From NCBI RefSeq assembly GCF_017348835.2, contig NZ_CP071375.1: a stretch of 64,000 bases of DNA; one strand, written 5' to 3'. Both the position numbers and the translations under genes were made by a program. Position 1 is the stretch's first letter. Each line of letters opens with the position of its first letter. Source of the stretch: Escherichia coli (lineage in GTDB: Bacteria; Pseudomonadota; Gammaproteobacteria; Enterobacterales; Enterobacteriaceae). Shown here piece after piece: positions 21,859 through 34,357 of this stretch. A model generated the notes under the pieces. The model had not been told where the DNA came from. It searched no databases and saw nothing but the letters and a program-made list of their open reading frames with translations.

Positions 21859-23466
21859 ATGTATACGCGAAATTTATTATGGCTGGTCAGCCTGGTAAGT
21901 GCGGCTCCTCTCTACGCTGCTGACGTTCCCGCCAACACACAGCTCGCCCCGCAACAAGTCTTTCGTTACAACAATCATAGCGACCCAGGTACGCTCGACC
22001 CGCAAAAGGTGGAGGAGAATACTGCTGCGCAGATTGTGCTGGATCTGTTTGAAGGTCTGGTATGGATGGACGGTGAAGGCCAGGTGCAGCCCGCTCAGGC
22101 TGAACGCTGGGAGATACTGGACGGCGGCAAGCGCTATATTTTCCATCTGCGTAGCGGTTTGCAGTGGTCCGACGGTCAGCCTCTGACGGCAGAGGATTTT
22201 GTCCTCGGCTGGCAGCGCGCGGTTGACCCGAAAACGGCAAGCCCTTTTGCTGGCTATCTGGCACAGGCGCACATTAACAATGCCGCGGCTATTGTTGCGG
22301 GTAAAGCAGATGTTACATCGCTGGGTGTCAAAGCGACGGATGATCGTACTCTTGAAGTTACGCTTGAGCAGCCGGTTCCTTGGTTCACGACGATGCTCGC
22401 CTGGCCGACGCTGTTCCCGGTTCCTCATCATGTCATCGCTAAACATGGCGATAGCTGGAGTAAGCCAGAGAACATGGTTTACAACGGTGCCTTTGTGCTT
22501 GATCAGTGGGTAGTTAACGAAAAGATTACTGCACGCAAAAATCCAAAGTACCGCGATGCGCAACATACAGTATTGCAACAGGTTGAGTATCTGGCGCTGG
22601 ATAATTCGGTCACCGGCTATAACCGCTATCGCGCGGGAGAGGTCGATCTCACCTGGGTTCCGGCGCAGCAAATTCCCGCCATTGAAAAATCACTGCCTGG
22701 TGAGCTACGAATTATTCCGCGTCTGAACAGCGAATATTACAACTTCAACCTTGAGAAACCGCCATTTAACGATGTGCGAGTGCGTCGGGCGCTATATCTT
22801 ACGGTTGATCGACAGCTTATTGCGCAAAAGGTACTGGGGTTGAGGACGCCCGCAACCACGCTGACGCCGCCAGAGGTAAAAGGCTTTAGCGTGACGACGT
22901 TCGATGAACTGCAAAAGCCAATGAGTGAGCGCGTCGCGATGGCAAAAGCCTTGCTGAAACAGGCGGGATACGACGCCTCTCATCCGCTACGCTTTGAGCT
23001 GTTCTACAACAAGTACGATCTGCATGAAAAGACCGCGATAGCGTTGTCTTCCGAATGGAAAAAATGGCTGGGTGCACAGGTGACGCTGCGCACAATGGAG
23101 TGGAAAACCTATCTTGATGCCCGACGAGCCGGTGATTTCATGCTGTCTCGGCAGTCGTGGGATGCGACGTACAATGATGCTTCCAGCTTCCTGAACACGC
23201 TCAAAAGCGATAGTGAAGAAAACGTCGGTCACTGGAAAAATGCACAGTATGACGCCTTACTAAACCAGGCCACGCAGATCACTGATGCGACAAAGCGTAA
23301 TGCGTTGTATCAGCAGGCAGAAGTGATCATCAACCAACAAGCACCGCTGATTCCTATCTACTATCAGCCGTTAATCAAACTGCTTAAACCCTACGTTGGC
23401 GGTTTTCCGCTGCATAATCCCCAGGATTATGTCTACAGCAAAGAGTTGTATATCAAGGCACATTGA
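21859..23466 (+). CDS. ygiS: Periplasmic solute-binding protein YgiS (oligopeptide/Dpp family, SBP_bac_5)
   Basis: 535 aa from MYTRNLLWLVSLVSAAPLYA (signal peptide); ORF-track start is an upstream extension. Confidence 0.88.
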   Translation: MYTRNLLWLVSLVSAAPLYAADVPANTQLAPQQVFRYNNHSDPGTLDPQKVEENTAAQIVLDLFEGLVWMDGEGQVQPAQAERWEILDGGKRYIFHLRSGLQWSDGQPLTAEDFVLGWQRAVDPKTASPFAGYLAQAHINNAAAIVAGKADVTSLGVKATDDRTLEVTLEQPVPWFTTMLAWPTLFPVPHHVIAKHGDSWSKPENMVYNGAFVLDQWVVNEKITARKNPKYRDAQHTVLQQVEYLALDNSVTGYNRYRAGEVDLTWVPAQQIPAIEKSLPGELRIIPRLNSEYYNFNLEKPPFNDVRVRRALYLTVDRQLIAQKVLGLRTPATTLTPPEVKGFSVTTFDELQKPMSERVAMAKALLKQAGYDASHPLRFELFYNKYDLHEKTAIALSSEWKKWLGAQVTLRTMEWKTYLDARRAGDFMLSRQSWDATYNDASSFLNTLKSDSEENVGHWKNAQYDALLNQATQITDATKRNALYQQAEVIINQQAPLIPIYYQPLIKLLKPYVGGFPLHNPQDYVYSKELYIKAH

Positions 23467-23603
23467 TGCCTTTATCGCCGTCGGAGCACGTCCGGCGGCG
23501 CTATTCACGCTGATCTCCTGTGACTCGACGCGGCAGATAATGTAGTATCTCCGGCAATATTGCCCCTTTGAAGGCTGGCGAATAAGTTGAGGAATCAGAA
23601 TTA

Positions 23604-25862
23604 ATGAGCGATATGGCAGAGCGCCTTGCGCTACATGAATTTACGGAAAACGCCTACTTAAACTACTCCATGTACGTGATCATGGACCGTGCGTTGCCGT
23701 TTATTGGTGATGGTCTGAAACCTGTTCAGCGCCGCATTGTGTATGCGATGTCTGAACTGGGCCTGAATGCCAGCGCCAAATTTAAAAAATCGGCCCGTAC
23801 CGTCGGTGACGTACTGGGTAAATACCATCCGCACGGCGATAGCGCCTGTTATGAAGCGATGGTCCTGATGGCGCAGCCGTTCTCTTACCGTTATCCGCTG
23901 GTTGATGGTCAGGGGAACTGGGGCGCGCCGGACGATCCGAAATCGTTCGCGGCAATGCGTTACACCGAATCCCGGTTGTCGAAATATTCCGAGCTGCTAT
24001 TGAGCGAGTTGGGGCAGGGGACGGCTGACTGGGTGCCAAACTTCGACGGCACTTTGCAGGAGCCGAAAATGCTACCTGCCCGTCTGCCAAACATTTTGCT
24101 TAACGGCACCACCGGTATTGCCGTCGGCATGGCGACCGATATTCCACCGCATAACCTGCGTGAAGTGGCTCAGGCGGCAATCGCATTAATCGACCAGCCG
24201 AAAACCACGCTCGATCAGCTGCTGGATATCGTGCAGGGGCCGGATTATCCGACTGAAGCGGAAATTATCACTTCGCGCGCCGAGATCCGTAAAATCTACG
24301 AGAACGGACGTGGTTCAGTGCGTATGCGCGCGGTGTGGAAGAAAGAAGATGGTGCGGTGGTTATCAGCGCATTGCCGCATCAGGTTTCAGGTGCGCGCGT
24401 ACTGGAGCAAATTGCTGCGCAAATGCGCAACAAAAAGCTGCCGATGGTTGACGATCTGCGCGATGAATCTGACCACGAGAACCCGACCCGTCTGGTGATT
24501 GTGCCGCGTTCCAACCGCGTGGATATGGATCAGGTGATGAACCACCTCTTCGCTACCACCGATCTGGAAAAGAGCTATCGCATTAACCTCAATATGATCG
24601 GTCTGGATGGTCGTCCGGCGGTGAAAAACCTGCTGGAAATTCTCTCCGAATGGCTGGTGTTCCGCCGCGATACCGTGCGCCGCCGACTGAACTATCGTCT
24701 GGAGAAAGTCCTCAAGCGCCTGCATATCCTCGAAGGTTTGCTGGTGGCGTTTCTCAATATCGACGAAGTGATTGAGATCATACGTAATGAAGATGAACCG
24801 AAACCGGCGCTGATGTCGCGGTTTGGCCTTACGGAAACCCAGGCGGAAGCGATCCTCGAACTGAAACTGCGTCATCTTGCCAAACTGGAAGAGATGAAGA
24901 TTCGCGGTGAGCAGAGTGAGCTGGAAAAAGAGCGCGACCAGTTGCAGGGCATTTTGGCTTCCGAGCGTAAAATGAATAACCTGCTGAAGAAAGAACTGCA
25001 GGCAGACGCGCAAGCCTACGGTGACGATCGTCGTTCGCCGTTGCAGGAACGCGAAGAAGCGAAAGCGATGAGCGAGCACGACATGCTGCCGTCTGAACCT
25101 GTCACCATTGTGCTGTCGCAGATGGGCTGGGTACGCAGCGCTAAAGGCCATGATATCGACGCGCCGGGCCTGAATTATAAAGCGGGTGATAGCTTCAAAG
25201 CGGCGGTGAAAGGTAAGAGCAACCAACCGGTAGTGTTTGTTGATTCCACCGGTCGTAGCTATGCCATTGACCCGATTACGCTGCCGTCGGCGCGTGGTCA
25301 GGGCGAACCGCTCACCGGCAAATTAACGTTGCCGCCTGGGGCGACCGTTGACCATATGCTGATGGAAAGCGACGATCAGAAACTGCTGATGGCTTCCGAT
25401 GCGGGTTACGGTTTCGTCTGCACCTTTAACGATCTGGTGGCGCGTAACCGTGCAGGTAAGGCTTTGATCACCTTACCGGAAAATGCCCATGTTATGCCGC
25501 CGGTGGTGATTGAAGATGCTTCCGATATGCTGCTGGCAATCACTCAGGCAGGCCGTATGTTGATGTTCCCGGTAAGTGATCTGCCGCAGCTGTCGAAGGG
25601 CAAAGGCAACAAGATTATCAACATTCCATCGGCAGAAGCCGCGCGTGGCGAGGATGGTCTGGCGCAACTGTACGTTCTGCCGCCGCAAAGCACGCTGACC
25701 ATTCATGTTGGGAAACGCAAAATTAAACTGCGTCCGGAAGAGCTACAGAAAGTCACTGGCGAACGTGGACGCCGCGGTACGTTGATGCGCGGTTTGCAGC
25801 GTATCGATCGTGTTGAGATCGACTCTCCTCGCCGTGCCAGCAGCGGTGATAGCGAAGAGTAA
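23604..25862 (+). CDS. parC: DNA topoisomerase IV subunit A
   Basis: 752 aa; N-terminus [45 protein letters not shown] with active-site Tyr region. Confidence 0.95.
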
Positions 25863-25960
25863 TATGCCGGGGAGGGCGCTGTTTCCTCCCGCTTGCAAGG
25901 AACGCCGGATGAAACGTTAAGTCGTCATCCGGCAGCGTATTCAACCCCCGGAAACGATAA
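25863..25960. terminator. Hairpin-rich 3' region after parC
   Basis: Two inverted repeats (ggggagggcgctgtttcctccc and gccggatgaaacgttaagtcgtcatccggc). Confidence 0.4.
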
Positions 25961-26095
25961 AAATTCCCTTGAAACCGTTGTTTATTCATGCGTTGCGATT
26001 AACAATACGCTTTTCCAGAGAGCGGCTTTTAACAATGCCCTAACCTGATTTCAGGTGACGTACAATGCCAGTCTCTCAGACCTTCAGAGGGTGTT

Positions 26096-26833
26096 ATGCT
26101 ATATATCTTTCGTCTTATTATTACCGTTATTTACAGCATCTTAGTCTGTGTATTCGGCTCCATTTACTGCCTTTTCAGCCCGCGTAACCCGAAACATGTG
26201 GCCACCTTTGGGCATATGTTTGGTCGTCTTGCGCCGCTGTTCGGCCTGAAAGTTGAGTGCCGCAAACCTGCAGATGCTGAAAGCTACGGCAATGCTATCT
26301 ATATCGCTAACCACCAGAACAACTATGACATGGTGACAGCATCGAACATTGTGCAACCGCCGACGGTGACGGTAGGTAAAAAGAGCTTGCTGTGGATCCC
26401 CTTCTTCGGGCAGTTGTACTGGTTAACCGGCAACTTATTGATCGACAGAAACAATCGCACTAAAGCTCACGGCACTATTGCGGAAGTAGTGAATCATTTC
26501 AAAAAACGCCGTATTTCCATCTGGATGTTCCCGGAAGGTACCCGCAGCCGTGGTCGCGGCCTGCTACCGTTCAAGACCGGGGCATTTCACGCGGCAATTG
26601 CGGCGGGCGTCCCGATTATTCCCGTGTGCGTCTCTACAACTTCGAATAAGATTAATCTTAATCGACTGCACAACGGTCTGGTGATTGTCGAAATGCTGCC
26701 GCCAATTGACGTCAGTCAGTATGGCAAAGATCAGGTTCGTGAGCTGGCTGCCCATTGTCGTTCGATAATGGAACAAAAAATCGCCGAGCTCGATAAAGAA
26801 GTCGCAGAGCGCGAAGCCGCCGGAAAAGTTTAA
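26096..26833 (+). CDS. plsC: 1-acyl-sn-glycerol-3-phosphate acyltransferase
   Basis: 245 aa; HxxxxD acyltransferase motif (NHQNNYD) and FPEGTR motif. Confidence 0.93.
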   Translation: MLYIFRLIITVIYSILVCVFGSIYCLFSPRNPKHVATFGHMFGRLAPLFGLKVECRKPADAESYGNAIYIANHQNNYDMVTASNIVQPPTVTVGKKSLLWIPFFGQLYWLTGNLLIDRNNRTKAHGTIAEVVNHFKKRRISIWMFPEGTRSRGRGLLPFKTGAFHAAIAAGVPIIPVCVSTTSNKINLNRLHNGLVIVEMLPPIDVSQYGKDQVRELAAHCRSIMEQKIAELDKEVAEREAAGKV

Positions 26834-26907
26834 GTCGGCAATCTGTATTTTTGCGGGGAACACTTTCCTGCACGGTATTACTTTAGCCAGTTTTACATGG
26901 AGCAAAT

Positions 26908-28320
26908 ATGTCACTCAGTCGGCGTCAGTTCATTCAGGCATCGGGGATTGCACTTTGTGCAGGCGCTGTTCCCCTGAAGGCCAGCGCAGCCGGGCAACAG
27001 CAACCGCTACCCGTTCCGCCGCTACTTGAATCTCGCCGTGGGCAACCGCTGTTTATGACTGTACAACGTGCGCACTGGTCATTTACGCCAGGGACACGCG
27101 CGTCGGTCTGGGGAATCAATGGTCGTTACCTGGGGCCGACTATCCGCGTCTGGAAGGGCGATGATGTTAAGCTTATTTACAGCAACCGCCTGACAGAAAA
27201 TGTCTCAATGACGGTGGCCGGGCTACAGGTACCAGGCCCGCTGATGGGCGGTCCGGCACGGATGATGTCGCCAAACGCTGACTGGGCACCCGTACTGCCT
27301 ATTCGCCAGAACGCAGCTACTCTGTGGTATCACGCCAATACTCCCAACCGCACGGCTCAGCAGGTCTATAACGGCCTTGCCGGAATGTGGCTGGTGGAAG
27401 ATGAAGTCAGCAAGTCGCTGCCTATCCCCAACCATTATGGTGTGGATGATTTTCCGGTCATTATCCAGGATAAACGGCTGGATAACTTTGGTACGCCAGA
27501 ATACAACGAACCGGGAAGCGGCGGCTTTGTTGGAGATACGCTGCTGGTTAACGGTGTGCAAAGCCCGTACGTTGAAGTCTCGCGTGGCTGGGTGCGCTTG
27601 CGACTGCTGAACGCGTCGAACTCTCGTCGCTATCAACTACAGATGAGCGATGGTCGCCCGTTACATGTGATTTCTGGCGATCAGGGATTCCTGCCTGCTC
27701 CTGTATCGGTGAAGCAACTTTCGCTGGCACCGGGCGAGCGCCGCGAGATTCTGGTGGATATGAGCAACGGTGATGAAGTGTCGATCACCTGTGGTGAAGC
27801 GGCGAGCATTGTTGATCGTATTCGCGGCTTCTTTGAGCCATCCAGTATTCTGGTTTCTACCCTGGTGCTAACGCTGCGCCCAACCGGCCTTCTGCCGCTG
27901 GTCACAGACAGTCTTCCGATGCGCCTGCTGCCAACTGAAATCATGGCCGGTTCGCCGATTCGCAGTCGCGATATCAGTCTGGGTGATGACCCGGGTATTA
28001 ATGGACAGCTGTGGGACGTCAACCGTATTGATGTCACCGCGCAGCAAGGAACGTGGGAACGCTGGACGGTACGCGCGGACGAGCCGCAAGCGTTCCATAT
28101 TGAAGGCGTGATGTTCCAGATCCGTAACGTGAATGGTGCGATGCCGTTCCCGGAAGACAGAGGCTGGAAAGATACCGTTTGGGTTGACGGACAAGTGGAG
28201 CTGCTTGTTTATTTCGGTCAGCCTTCCTGGGCGCACTTCCCGTTCTACTTCAACAGTCAGACGCTGGAAATGGCGGACCGTGGCTCGATTGGGCAACTGT
28301 TAGTCAATCCGGTACCGTAA
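26908..28320 (+). CDS. ftsP: Cell division protein FtsP (SufI), multicopper-oxidase-like, Tat-exported
   Basis: 470 aa; twin-arginine signal MSLSRRQFIQASGIALCAGA. Confidence 0.93.
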   Translation: MSLSRRQFIQASGIALCAGAVPLKASAAGQQQPLPVPPLLESRRGQPLFMTVQRAHWSFTPGTRASVWGINGRYLGPTIRVWKGDDVKLIYSNRLTENVSMTVAGLQVPGPLMGGPARMMSPNADWAPVLPIRQNAATLWYHANTPNRTAQQVYNGLAGMWLVEDEVSKSLPIPNHYGVDDFPVIIQDKRLDNFGTPEYNEPGSGGFVGDTLLVNGVQSPYVEVSRGWVRLRLLNASNSRRYQLQMSDGRPLHVISGDQGFLPAPVSVKQLSLAPGERREILVDMSNGDEVSITCGEAASIVDRIRGFFEPSSILVSTLVLTLRPTGLLPLVTDSLPMRLLPTEIMAGSPIRSRDISLGDDPGINGQLWDVNRIDVTAQQGTWERWTVRADEPQAFHIEGVMFQIRNVNGAMPFPEDRGWKDTVWVDGQVELLVYFGQPSWAHFPFYFNSQTLEMADRGSIGQLLVNPVP

Positions 28321-28430
28321 TCTTCATACTCGCCCGAGGAGGGCGAGTATGGAATACCTTTCGATTTCTCTTTCGTTCCGGCTTATAATCCCCGGCCTTT
28401 GATTATTTTTTTATCATTTCTGGAAGCAAA

Positions 28431-30650
28431 ATGAGCTCTATCTCCCTGATCCAACCGGATCGCGACCTGTTCTCCTGGCCGCAGTACTGGGCCGCTTGTT
28501 TTGGACCGGCACCGTTTTTGCCGATGTCTCGTGAAGAGATGGATCAACTTGGCTGGGATAGCTGCGACATCATTTTGGTTACTGGCGACGCGTATGTCGA
28601 TCACCCAAGCTTCGGGATGGCGATTTGCGGTCGTATGCTGGAAGCGCAGGGCTTTCGCGTCGGGATCATCGCCCAGCCGGACTGGAGCAGCAAAGACGAC
28701 TTTATGCGTCTGGGTAAACCGAATCTGTTTTTTGGTGTTACTGCTGGCAACATGGACTCGATGATCAACCGCTATACTGCCGATCGCCGTTTACGTCATG
28801 ATGATGCCTACACGCCGGATAATGTCGCGGGTAAGCGCCCGGATCGCGCCACGCTGGTTTATACCCAGCGTTGTAAAGAGGCGTGGAAAGATGTGCCGGT
28901 GATCCTCGGCGGTATTGAGGCTAGTCTGCGCCGTACCGCGCATTATGATTACTGGTCCGATACCGTGCGCCGTTCCGTGCTGGTGGATTCGAAAGCCGAC
29001 ATGCTGATGTTTGGTAACGGTGAGCGTCCGCTGGTGGAGGTGGCGCACCGTCTGGCGATGGGCGAGCCGATTAGTGAAATCCGCGATGTGCGTAATACTG
29101 CGATTATCGTAAAAGAGGCGTTGCCAGGCTGGAGCGGTGTGGATTCTACTCGTCTTGATACTCCTGGGAAAATCGACCCGATCCCGCATCCGTATGGCGA
29201 AGATTTGCCGTGTGCGGATAACAAACCTGTTGCTCCGAAAAAGCAGGAAGCGAAAGTCGTAACCGTGCAGCCACCGCGCCCGAAACCGTGGGAAAAAACC
29301 TACGTGTTGCTGCCTTCTTTCGAGAAAGTGAAGGGCGATAAAGTGCTGTACGCCCATGCTTCGCGTATTCTGCACCACGAAACCAACCCAGGCTGTGCCC
29401 GCGCATTGATGCAAAAACACGGCGATCGCTATGTGTGGATCAACCCGCCTGCTATCCCGCTTTCTACCGAAGAGATGGACAGCGTTTTTGCGCTGCCGTA
29501 CAAGCGCGTGCCGCATCCGGCCTATGGCAATGCCCGTATTCCGGCTTACGAAATGATCCGTTTCTCGGTCAACATTATGCGCGGCTGCTTTGGCGGCTGC
29601 TCTTTCTGTTCTATCACCGAGCACGAAGGGCGCATTATTCAGAGCCGTTCGGAAGATTCGATCATTAATGAGATCGAAGCGATCCGCGACACCGTTCCTG
29701 GTTTTACGGGCGTAATTTCCGATCTCGGTGGGCCAACTGCCAACATGTATATGTTGCGCTGCAAATCGCCACGCGCTGAACAAACCTGCCGTCGTTTGTC
29801 CTGCGTTTACCCGGATATTTGTCCGCACATGGACACGAACCACGAACCGACGATCAATCTCTATCGCCGTGCGCGTGATCTGAAAGGCATTAAAAAAATC
29901 CTCATCGCCTCAGGCGTACGTTATGACATCGCCGTGGAAGATCCGCGCTATATCAAAGAACTGGCGACCCATCACGTCGGCGGTTATCTGAAGATTGCTC
30001 CGGAACATACCGAAGAAGGGCCGTTGTCGAAGATGATGAAGCCGGGCATGGGCAGTTATGACCGCTTTAAAGAGCTGTTCGATACTTACTCGAAACAGGC
30101 AGGTAAAGAGCAATATCTGATCCCGTATTTCATCTCTGCACACCCCGGTACGCGCGATGAAGATATGGTGAACCTGGCGCTGTGGCTGAAAAAGCATCGC
30201 TTCCGCCTCGATCAGGTACAGAACTTCTATCCGTCGCCACTGGCTAACTCGACCACCATGTATTACACCGGGAAAAACCCGCTGGCGAAGATTGGTTATA
30301 AGAGTGAAGACGTCTTCGTACCGAAGGGCGACAAACAGCGTCGTTTGCATAAAGCGTTGTTGCGTTACCACGATCCGGCAAACTGGCCGTTAATCCGCCA
30401 GGCGCTGGAAGCGATGGGCAAAAAGCATCTGATTGGCAGCCGTCGCGATTGCTTAGTGCCTGCGCCAACCATTGAAGAGATGCGTGAGGCTCGTCGCCAG
30501 AACCGCAATACCCGTCCGGCGTTGACGAAACATACGCCGATGGCGACCCAGCGTCAGACGCCTGCTACGGCAAAAAAAGCGTCGTCTACGCAATCTCGTC
30601 CGGTGAATGCTGGTGCGAAGAAACGCCCTAAAGCGGCGGTTGGACGTTAA
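28431..30650 (+). CDS. ygiQ: Radical SAM protein YgiQ (UPF0313)
   Basis: 739 aa; radical-SAM cysteine cluster CFGGCSFCS; basic C-terminal tail. Confidence 0.9.
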   Translation: MSSISLIQPDRDLFSWPQYWAACFGPAPFLPMSREEMDQLGWDSCDIILVTGDAYVDHPSFGMAICGRMLEAQGFRVGIIAQPDWSSKDDFMRLGKPNLFFGVTAGNMDSMINRYTADRRLRHDDAYTPDNVAGKRPDRATLVYTQRCKEAWKDVPVILGGIEASLRRTAHYDYWSDTVRRSVLVDSKADMLMFGNGERPLVEVAHRLAMGEPISEIRDVRNTAIIVKEALPGWSGVDSTRLDTPGKIDPIPHPYGEDLPCADNKPVAPKKQEAKVVTVQPPRPKPWEKTYVLLPSFEKVKGDKVLYAHASRILHHETNPGCARALMQKHGDRYVWINPPAIPLSTEEMDSVFALPYKRVPHPAYGNARIPAYEMIRFSVNIMRGCFGGCSFCSITEHEGRIIQSRSEDSIINEIEAIRDTVPGFTGVISDLGGPTANMYMLRCKSPRAEQTCRRLSCVYPDICPHMDTNHEPTINLYRRARDLKGIKKILIASGVRYDIAVEDPRYIKELATHHVGGYLKIAPEHTEEGPLSKMMKPGMGSYDRFKELFDTYSKQAGKEQYLIPYFISAHPGTRDEDMVNLALWLKKHRFRLDQVQNFYPSPLANSTTMYYTGKNPLAKIGYKSEDVFVPKGDKQRRLHKALLRYHDPANWPLIRQALEAMGKKHLIGSRRDCLVPAPTIEEMREARRQNRNTRPALTKHTPMATQRQTPATAKKASSTQSRPVNAGAKKRPKAAVGR

Positions 30651-30690
30651 AAAAAATCCCCGGCAACTGACACGCTGCCGGGGATTTTTT
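30649..30690. terminator. Bidirectional terminator between ygiQ and yqhH
   Basis: A-run, hairpin atccccggca...tgccggggat, T-run. Confidence 0.65.
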
Positions 30691-30691
30691 A

Positions 30692-30949
30692 TCATTCTGC
30701 GTACATACGCAAGCAGCGCAGGCAATCAAAATAGTCCTGTGCATCAAGACGCGTATTGGCTCTGTTAGCTTCGGATTTGGCAGCATAGATTTGTGGGCGT
30801 AGTGCTTTCATATCCTGCTCAAGCCGGGCGATTTTGGCATTTAATGTTTGCACATTGCTCGCCAGCTGATTGACCTTTTGCTCATTGACGCAGCCACTGA
30901 GCAAGCAGGTTGCCAGAACAACAGCTCCCACGGTGAAAATCGTTTTCAT
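30692..30949 (-). CDS. yqhH: Lipoprotein YqhH (Lpp-like)
   Basis: 85 aa, lipobox LLSGC, coiled-coil Lpp-like body. Confidence 0.85.
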
Positions 30950-30999
30950 ATAGTGTTCCCTTTTATTTATTGTTCCGGCTAATTGTTATTTAATTCAGC

Positions 31000-31926
31000 T
31001 CATTGCTTTAATCTGGCGGCGGTTTTTGCCTCAATCTGCTTAAGTAGGCTGCCGCTGTTCGGGCGGATAAAATCAGCGATTTCCCACTTACCTTCGCGCC
31101 GCTGTAAAACCAGTTCTTGCTCTTCGTTGTTGCCATTGGTCAGCGTAAAACGAACATGAATGCGGGCGGAATCGGCGGTTTTCTCCAGGACTCGAATTTC
31201 ATCAACGCGTGAAAATAGCGACTCTTCGCCAAAACAGATCGGATTGTCGTAAATAAATTGCCGTTCTATTTGCATATCTTCATCGGGATTGTTGGCCGTC
31301 TTGAAGGTGGTTTTATAGAAGGCATTGACCGCCTGGCGGTAAGAGTCGGAAACCACCCACGTCCACGGCCATCTATAATCGGCAATATGTTCAAAGAGTT
31401 CGGCAACAAAGGCTTCCGGCTGTTCTTTTTGCAACGAAGCTAAAGCGGCCAGCGTTTTTTCATTCTCGCTATTAACTGCTTGTAAGACGCTGCCATGATT
31501 GCTGACAATATCGTCAATGACCCAACGACCATTTTCCGCCACCATTTTCAGTGTCTGCGTGGTCTTTTCTTTATCATCTTTAAAGATACGAAAGCGCACA
31601 ACGGCATCGGCATGATCGGCGTCAGTTTGAGTTATCGCTACGCTTTCTAGCACCAGATCGCCAAAATCCTGACAATCACAAACCGGATCATAATCCAGCC
31701 AGCCAATATTGCCCGGCAGCGTAAGATTGTCGTTCAGGGTAAGCGCCTGTTGAATACGCGCAGAAGTTATCGCCCGCTCTCCGGTTTCACCAAAATAAGG
31801 GGCAGTGGCATCTGATTTATAGTTCTGATAAATATGCCGGACTGTTTGTTCTACGGTCTGTGAGGGGGGCTGTGCGTGTACGGTAAAACATGCCAGGGCT
31901 GCTAAAAACAGAAGTATTATTTTCAT
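31000..31926 (-). CDS. yqhG: YqhG (DUF3828, secreted)
   Basis: 308 aa with signal peptide MKIILLFLAALACFTVHA. Confidence 0.85.
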   Translation of the reverse strand: MKIILLFLAALACFTVHAQPPSQTVEQTVRHIYQNYKSDATAPYFGETGERAITSARIQQALTLNDNLTLPGNIGWLDYDPVCDCQDFGDLVLESVAITQTDADHADAVVRFRIFKDDKEKTTQTLKMVAENGRWVIDDIVSNHGSVLQAVNSENEKTLAALASLQKEQPEAFVAELFEHIADYRWPWTWVVSDSYRQAVNAFYKTTFKTANNPDEDMQIERQFIYDNPICFGEESLFSRVDEIRVLEKTADSARIHVRFTLTNGNNEEQELVLQRREGKWEIADFIRPNSGSLLKQIEAKTAARLKQ

Positions 31927-32125
31927 CTGTTTTTCACCTCTCCGTTGCGTTTATCCCGGATATAGATGAGTTGTTCTTTTAAGAGCTTCCGGCTCTGCAT
32001 GATGATGTCCTTATATTTGGCATTCCTGAACAAGGAAGAGTAACAACGGGCAGGACGCGAGGGGAATAAATGATTTCTGAAAAGTCCGGTAGCGGAACAT
32101 TACCGCCACCGGGAGAATTTGCACG

Positions 32126-32953
32126 TTAGCCGCCGAACTGGTCAGGATCGGGACCGAGACGCTTGCCCTGATCGAGTTTTGCAATTTCGCCGAGTTCGTC
32201 TTTGTCGAGACGGAAATCCCAGACATCAAAGTTTTCGACAATGCGTGAAGGTGTGACCGATTTCGGGATCACCACCAGGCCGCTATCCAGATGCCAGCGG
32301 ATAACAATCTGCGCCGGGGTTTTGCCATATTTATCTGCCAGATCGCGAATGACTTTCTGATCGAAAACGCCTTTCCCTCCTTGCGCTAATGGGCTCCAGG
32401 ATTCGGTCTGGATTTTGTGTGTCGCGTTCCAGGCATGTAGCTGGCGTTGTTGCATCAGCGGGTGAAGTTCGATCTGATTAATAACAGGCGTCACGCCAGT
32501 TTCATCAATCAGGCGTTGCAGGTGATGGATCTGGAAGTTGCACACGCCGATGCTTTTGATTAATCCCTCTTTTTGCAATTCGATCATGCCTTTCCATGCT
32601 TCGACATAATGGTCGATAGCGGGAACGGGCCAGTGCATTAAGTAGAGGTCGATATAATCAAGCTGGAGTTTTTTCAGGCTGTCGAGCAGGGCTTCGCGGG
32701 GGCGCTTGTGGTCGTCGTTCCACAGCTTAGTGGTGATGAACAGTTCTTCTCTGTTGACTGAGGCATTTTTCAGGGCTTTGCCGACACCTTCTTCGTTCTT
32801 GTAGGCCGCGGCGGTATCAATCGAGCGATAACCCACTTCTAACGCTTTTTGAATGGCGGTGATTACTTCCTCATTACTTGCTTGCCAGACGCCCAGTCCC
32901 AGCTGGGGCATGACATTGCCATCCTGTAGCTTAATAACGGTTGGATTAGCCAT
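32126..32953 (-). CDS. dkgA: 2,5-diketo-D-gluconate reductase A / methylglyoxal reductase (aldo-keto reductase)
   Basis: 275 aa AKR; MANPTVIKLQDGNVMPQLGLGVWQ. Confidence 0.92.
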   Translation of the reverse strand: MANPTVIKLQDGNVMPQLGLGVWQASNEEVITAIQKALEVGYRSIDTAAAYKNEEGVGKALKNASVNREELFITTKLWNDDHKRPREALLDSLKKLQLDYIDLYLMHWPVPAIDHYVEAWKGMIELQKEGLIKSIGVCNFQIHHLQRLIDETGVTPVINQIELHPLMQQRQLHAWNATHKIQTESWSPLAQGGKGVFDQKVIRDLADKYGKTPAQIVIRWHLDSGLVVIPKSVTPSRIVENFDVWDFRLDKDELGEIAKLDQGKRLGPDPDQFGG

Positions 32954-33057
32954 ACGTTCCTCCTTTATATGAACTCACCGGAGCAGGCTCCGGTGAGGTG
33001 TTGTGAACTTAAGTCTGGACGAAATGCCCGAAAACGAAAGTTTGAGGCGTAAAAAGC

Positions 33058-34221
33058 TTAGCGGGCGGCTTCGTATATACGGCGGCTGACATCCAGCGTA
33101 ATGTCATGATTTTCGCCCAGTTGGGTCATGCCGTGCTCTTCCAGTTTTTTCAGCAAAGCCGGGATGGAGCTGCCGTCCAGACCGTAGTCGGAGAGGTGGG
33201 TAGGCACGCCTAATTGCTCAAAGAAATTGCGGGTTGCGGCAATCGCGGCGTCAATACGCTCATCGTCGGAACCTTCAGTGATGTTCCAGACGCGTTCAGC
33301 ATATTGCAGCAGCTTAGCGCGCTTGGTATCGCGTTTTTCATTCCACAGTGCAGGCAGGACGATAGCCAGTGTTTGCGCGTGATCCAGACCGTGCATCGCC
33401 GTCAGTTCGTGACCCAGCATATGCGTTGCCCAGTCCTGCGGTACGCCAGCGCCAATCAAACCGTTCAGCGCCTGCGTCGCCGCCCACATGACGTTGGCGC
33501 GCACATCGTAGTTTTCTGGCTCTTTCAGGGCTTTCGGACCATCTTCGATCAGCGTCAGCAAAATGCCTTCTGCGAAACGGTCCTGAATTTTGGCATCAAC
33601 CGGTTTGGTAACATACTGTTCCACGGTGTGTACAAAGGCGTCCACTACGCCGTTAGCCACCTGACGCGGCGGCAGGGTGTAGGTATAAACCGGATCGAGC
33701 ACGGCAAATACCGGCTGAACATGGGCAGAATGGAACGCCTGCTTATCGCCTGTGGTTTTACGGGAGATCACCGCACCGGCGTTGGATTCTGAACCGGTTG
33801 CTGGCAGCGTCAGCACACAGCCCATCGGGATGGCGCTTTTAATCTCTTTACCACCCGTTTGCAGAATGTGCCACGGATCGATATTTTCCGGATAGTTAGC
33901 CGCTGCGGCGATAAATTTGGTGCCGTCCAGTACAGAACCGCCGCCAACCGCCAGCAGGAAAGTCACTTTCTGTTCGCGAACCAGTTTCACGGCGTTCATC
34001 AGCGTTTCATAAGCCGGGTTTGGCTCAATACCGCCAAATTCCAGCACGTCCATGCCTTTCAGGGCATCCAGAACTTGATCGAGAACGCCGGTTTTTTTCA
34101 CGCTGCCGCCACCGTAGGTAATCAATACGCGAGCATCGTGAGGAATTTGTTCGCGTAAACCAGCGATTGCGCCTTTACCAAACAGAATGCGGGTTGGGGT
34201 GTGCAGATTAAAGTTGTTCAT
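33058..34221 (-). CDS. yqhD: NADPH-dependent aldehyde reductase YqhD (iron-containing alcohol dehydrogenase family)
   Basis: 387 aa from [19 protein letters not shown]; upstream of dkgA in same orientation. Confidence 0.92.
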   Translation of the reverse strand: MNNFNLHTPTRILFGKGAIAGLREQIPHDARVLITYGGGSVKKTGVLDQVLDALKGMDVLEFGGIEPNPAYETLMNAVKLVREQKVTFLLAVGGGSVLDGTKFIAAAANYPENIDPWHILQTGGKEIKSAIPMGCVLTLPATGSESNAGAVISRKTTGDKQAFHSAHVQPVFAVLDPVYTYTLPPRQVANGVVDAFVHTVEQYVTKPVDAKIQDRFAEGILLTLIEDGPKALKEPENYDVRANVMWAATQALNGLIGAGVPQDWATHMLGHELTAMHGLDHAQTLAIVLPALWNEKRDTKRAKLLQYAERVWNITEGSDDERIDAAIAATRNFFEQLGVPTHLSDYGLDGSSIPALLKKLEEHGMTQLGENHDITLDVSRRIYEAAR

Positions 34222-34357
34222 TACTTGCTCCCTTTGCTGGGCCAATATGAGGGCAGAGAACGATCTGCCTGATGTTTTTCATTGTGATCGCCAGCGCCCT
34301 GGCTCTCAATGCTCATTTCTGCCTATGTCTTGCCTATTTCTCCAGAGTGCTGGAGAA

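Noticed and set aside
21877-22671. 264-aa minus-strand ORF inside ygiS
   Set aside because: Antisense shadow ORF; Arg/Leu-rich, low-complexity translation.
24387-25226. 279-aa minus-strand ORF inside parC
   Set aside because: Antisense to a highly conserved essential gene; no RBS or independent support.
28791-29843. 350-aa minus-strand ORF inside ygiQ
   Set aside because: Antisense shadow ORF within the radical-SAM gene.
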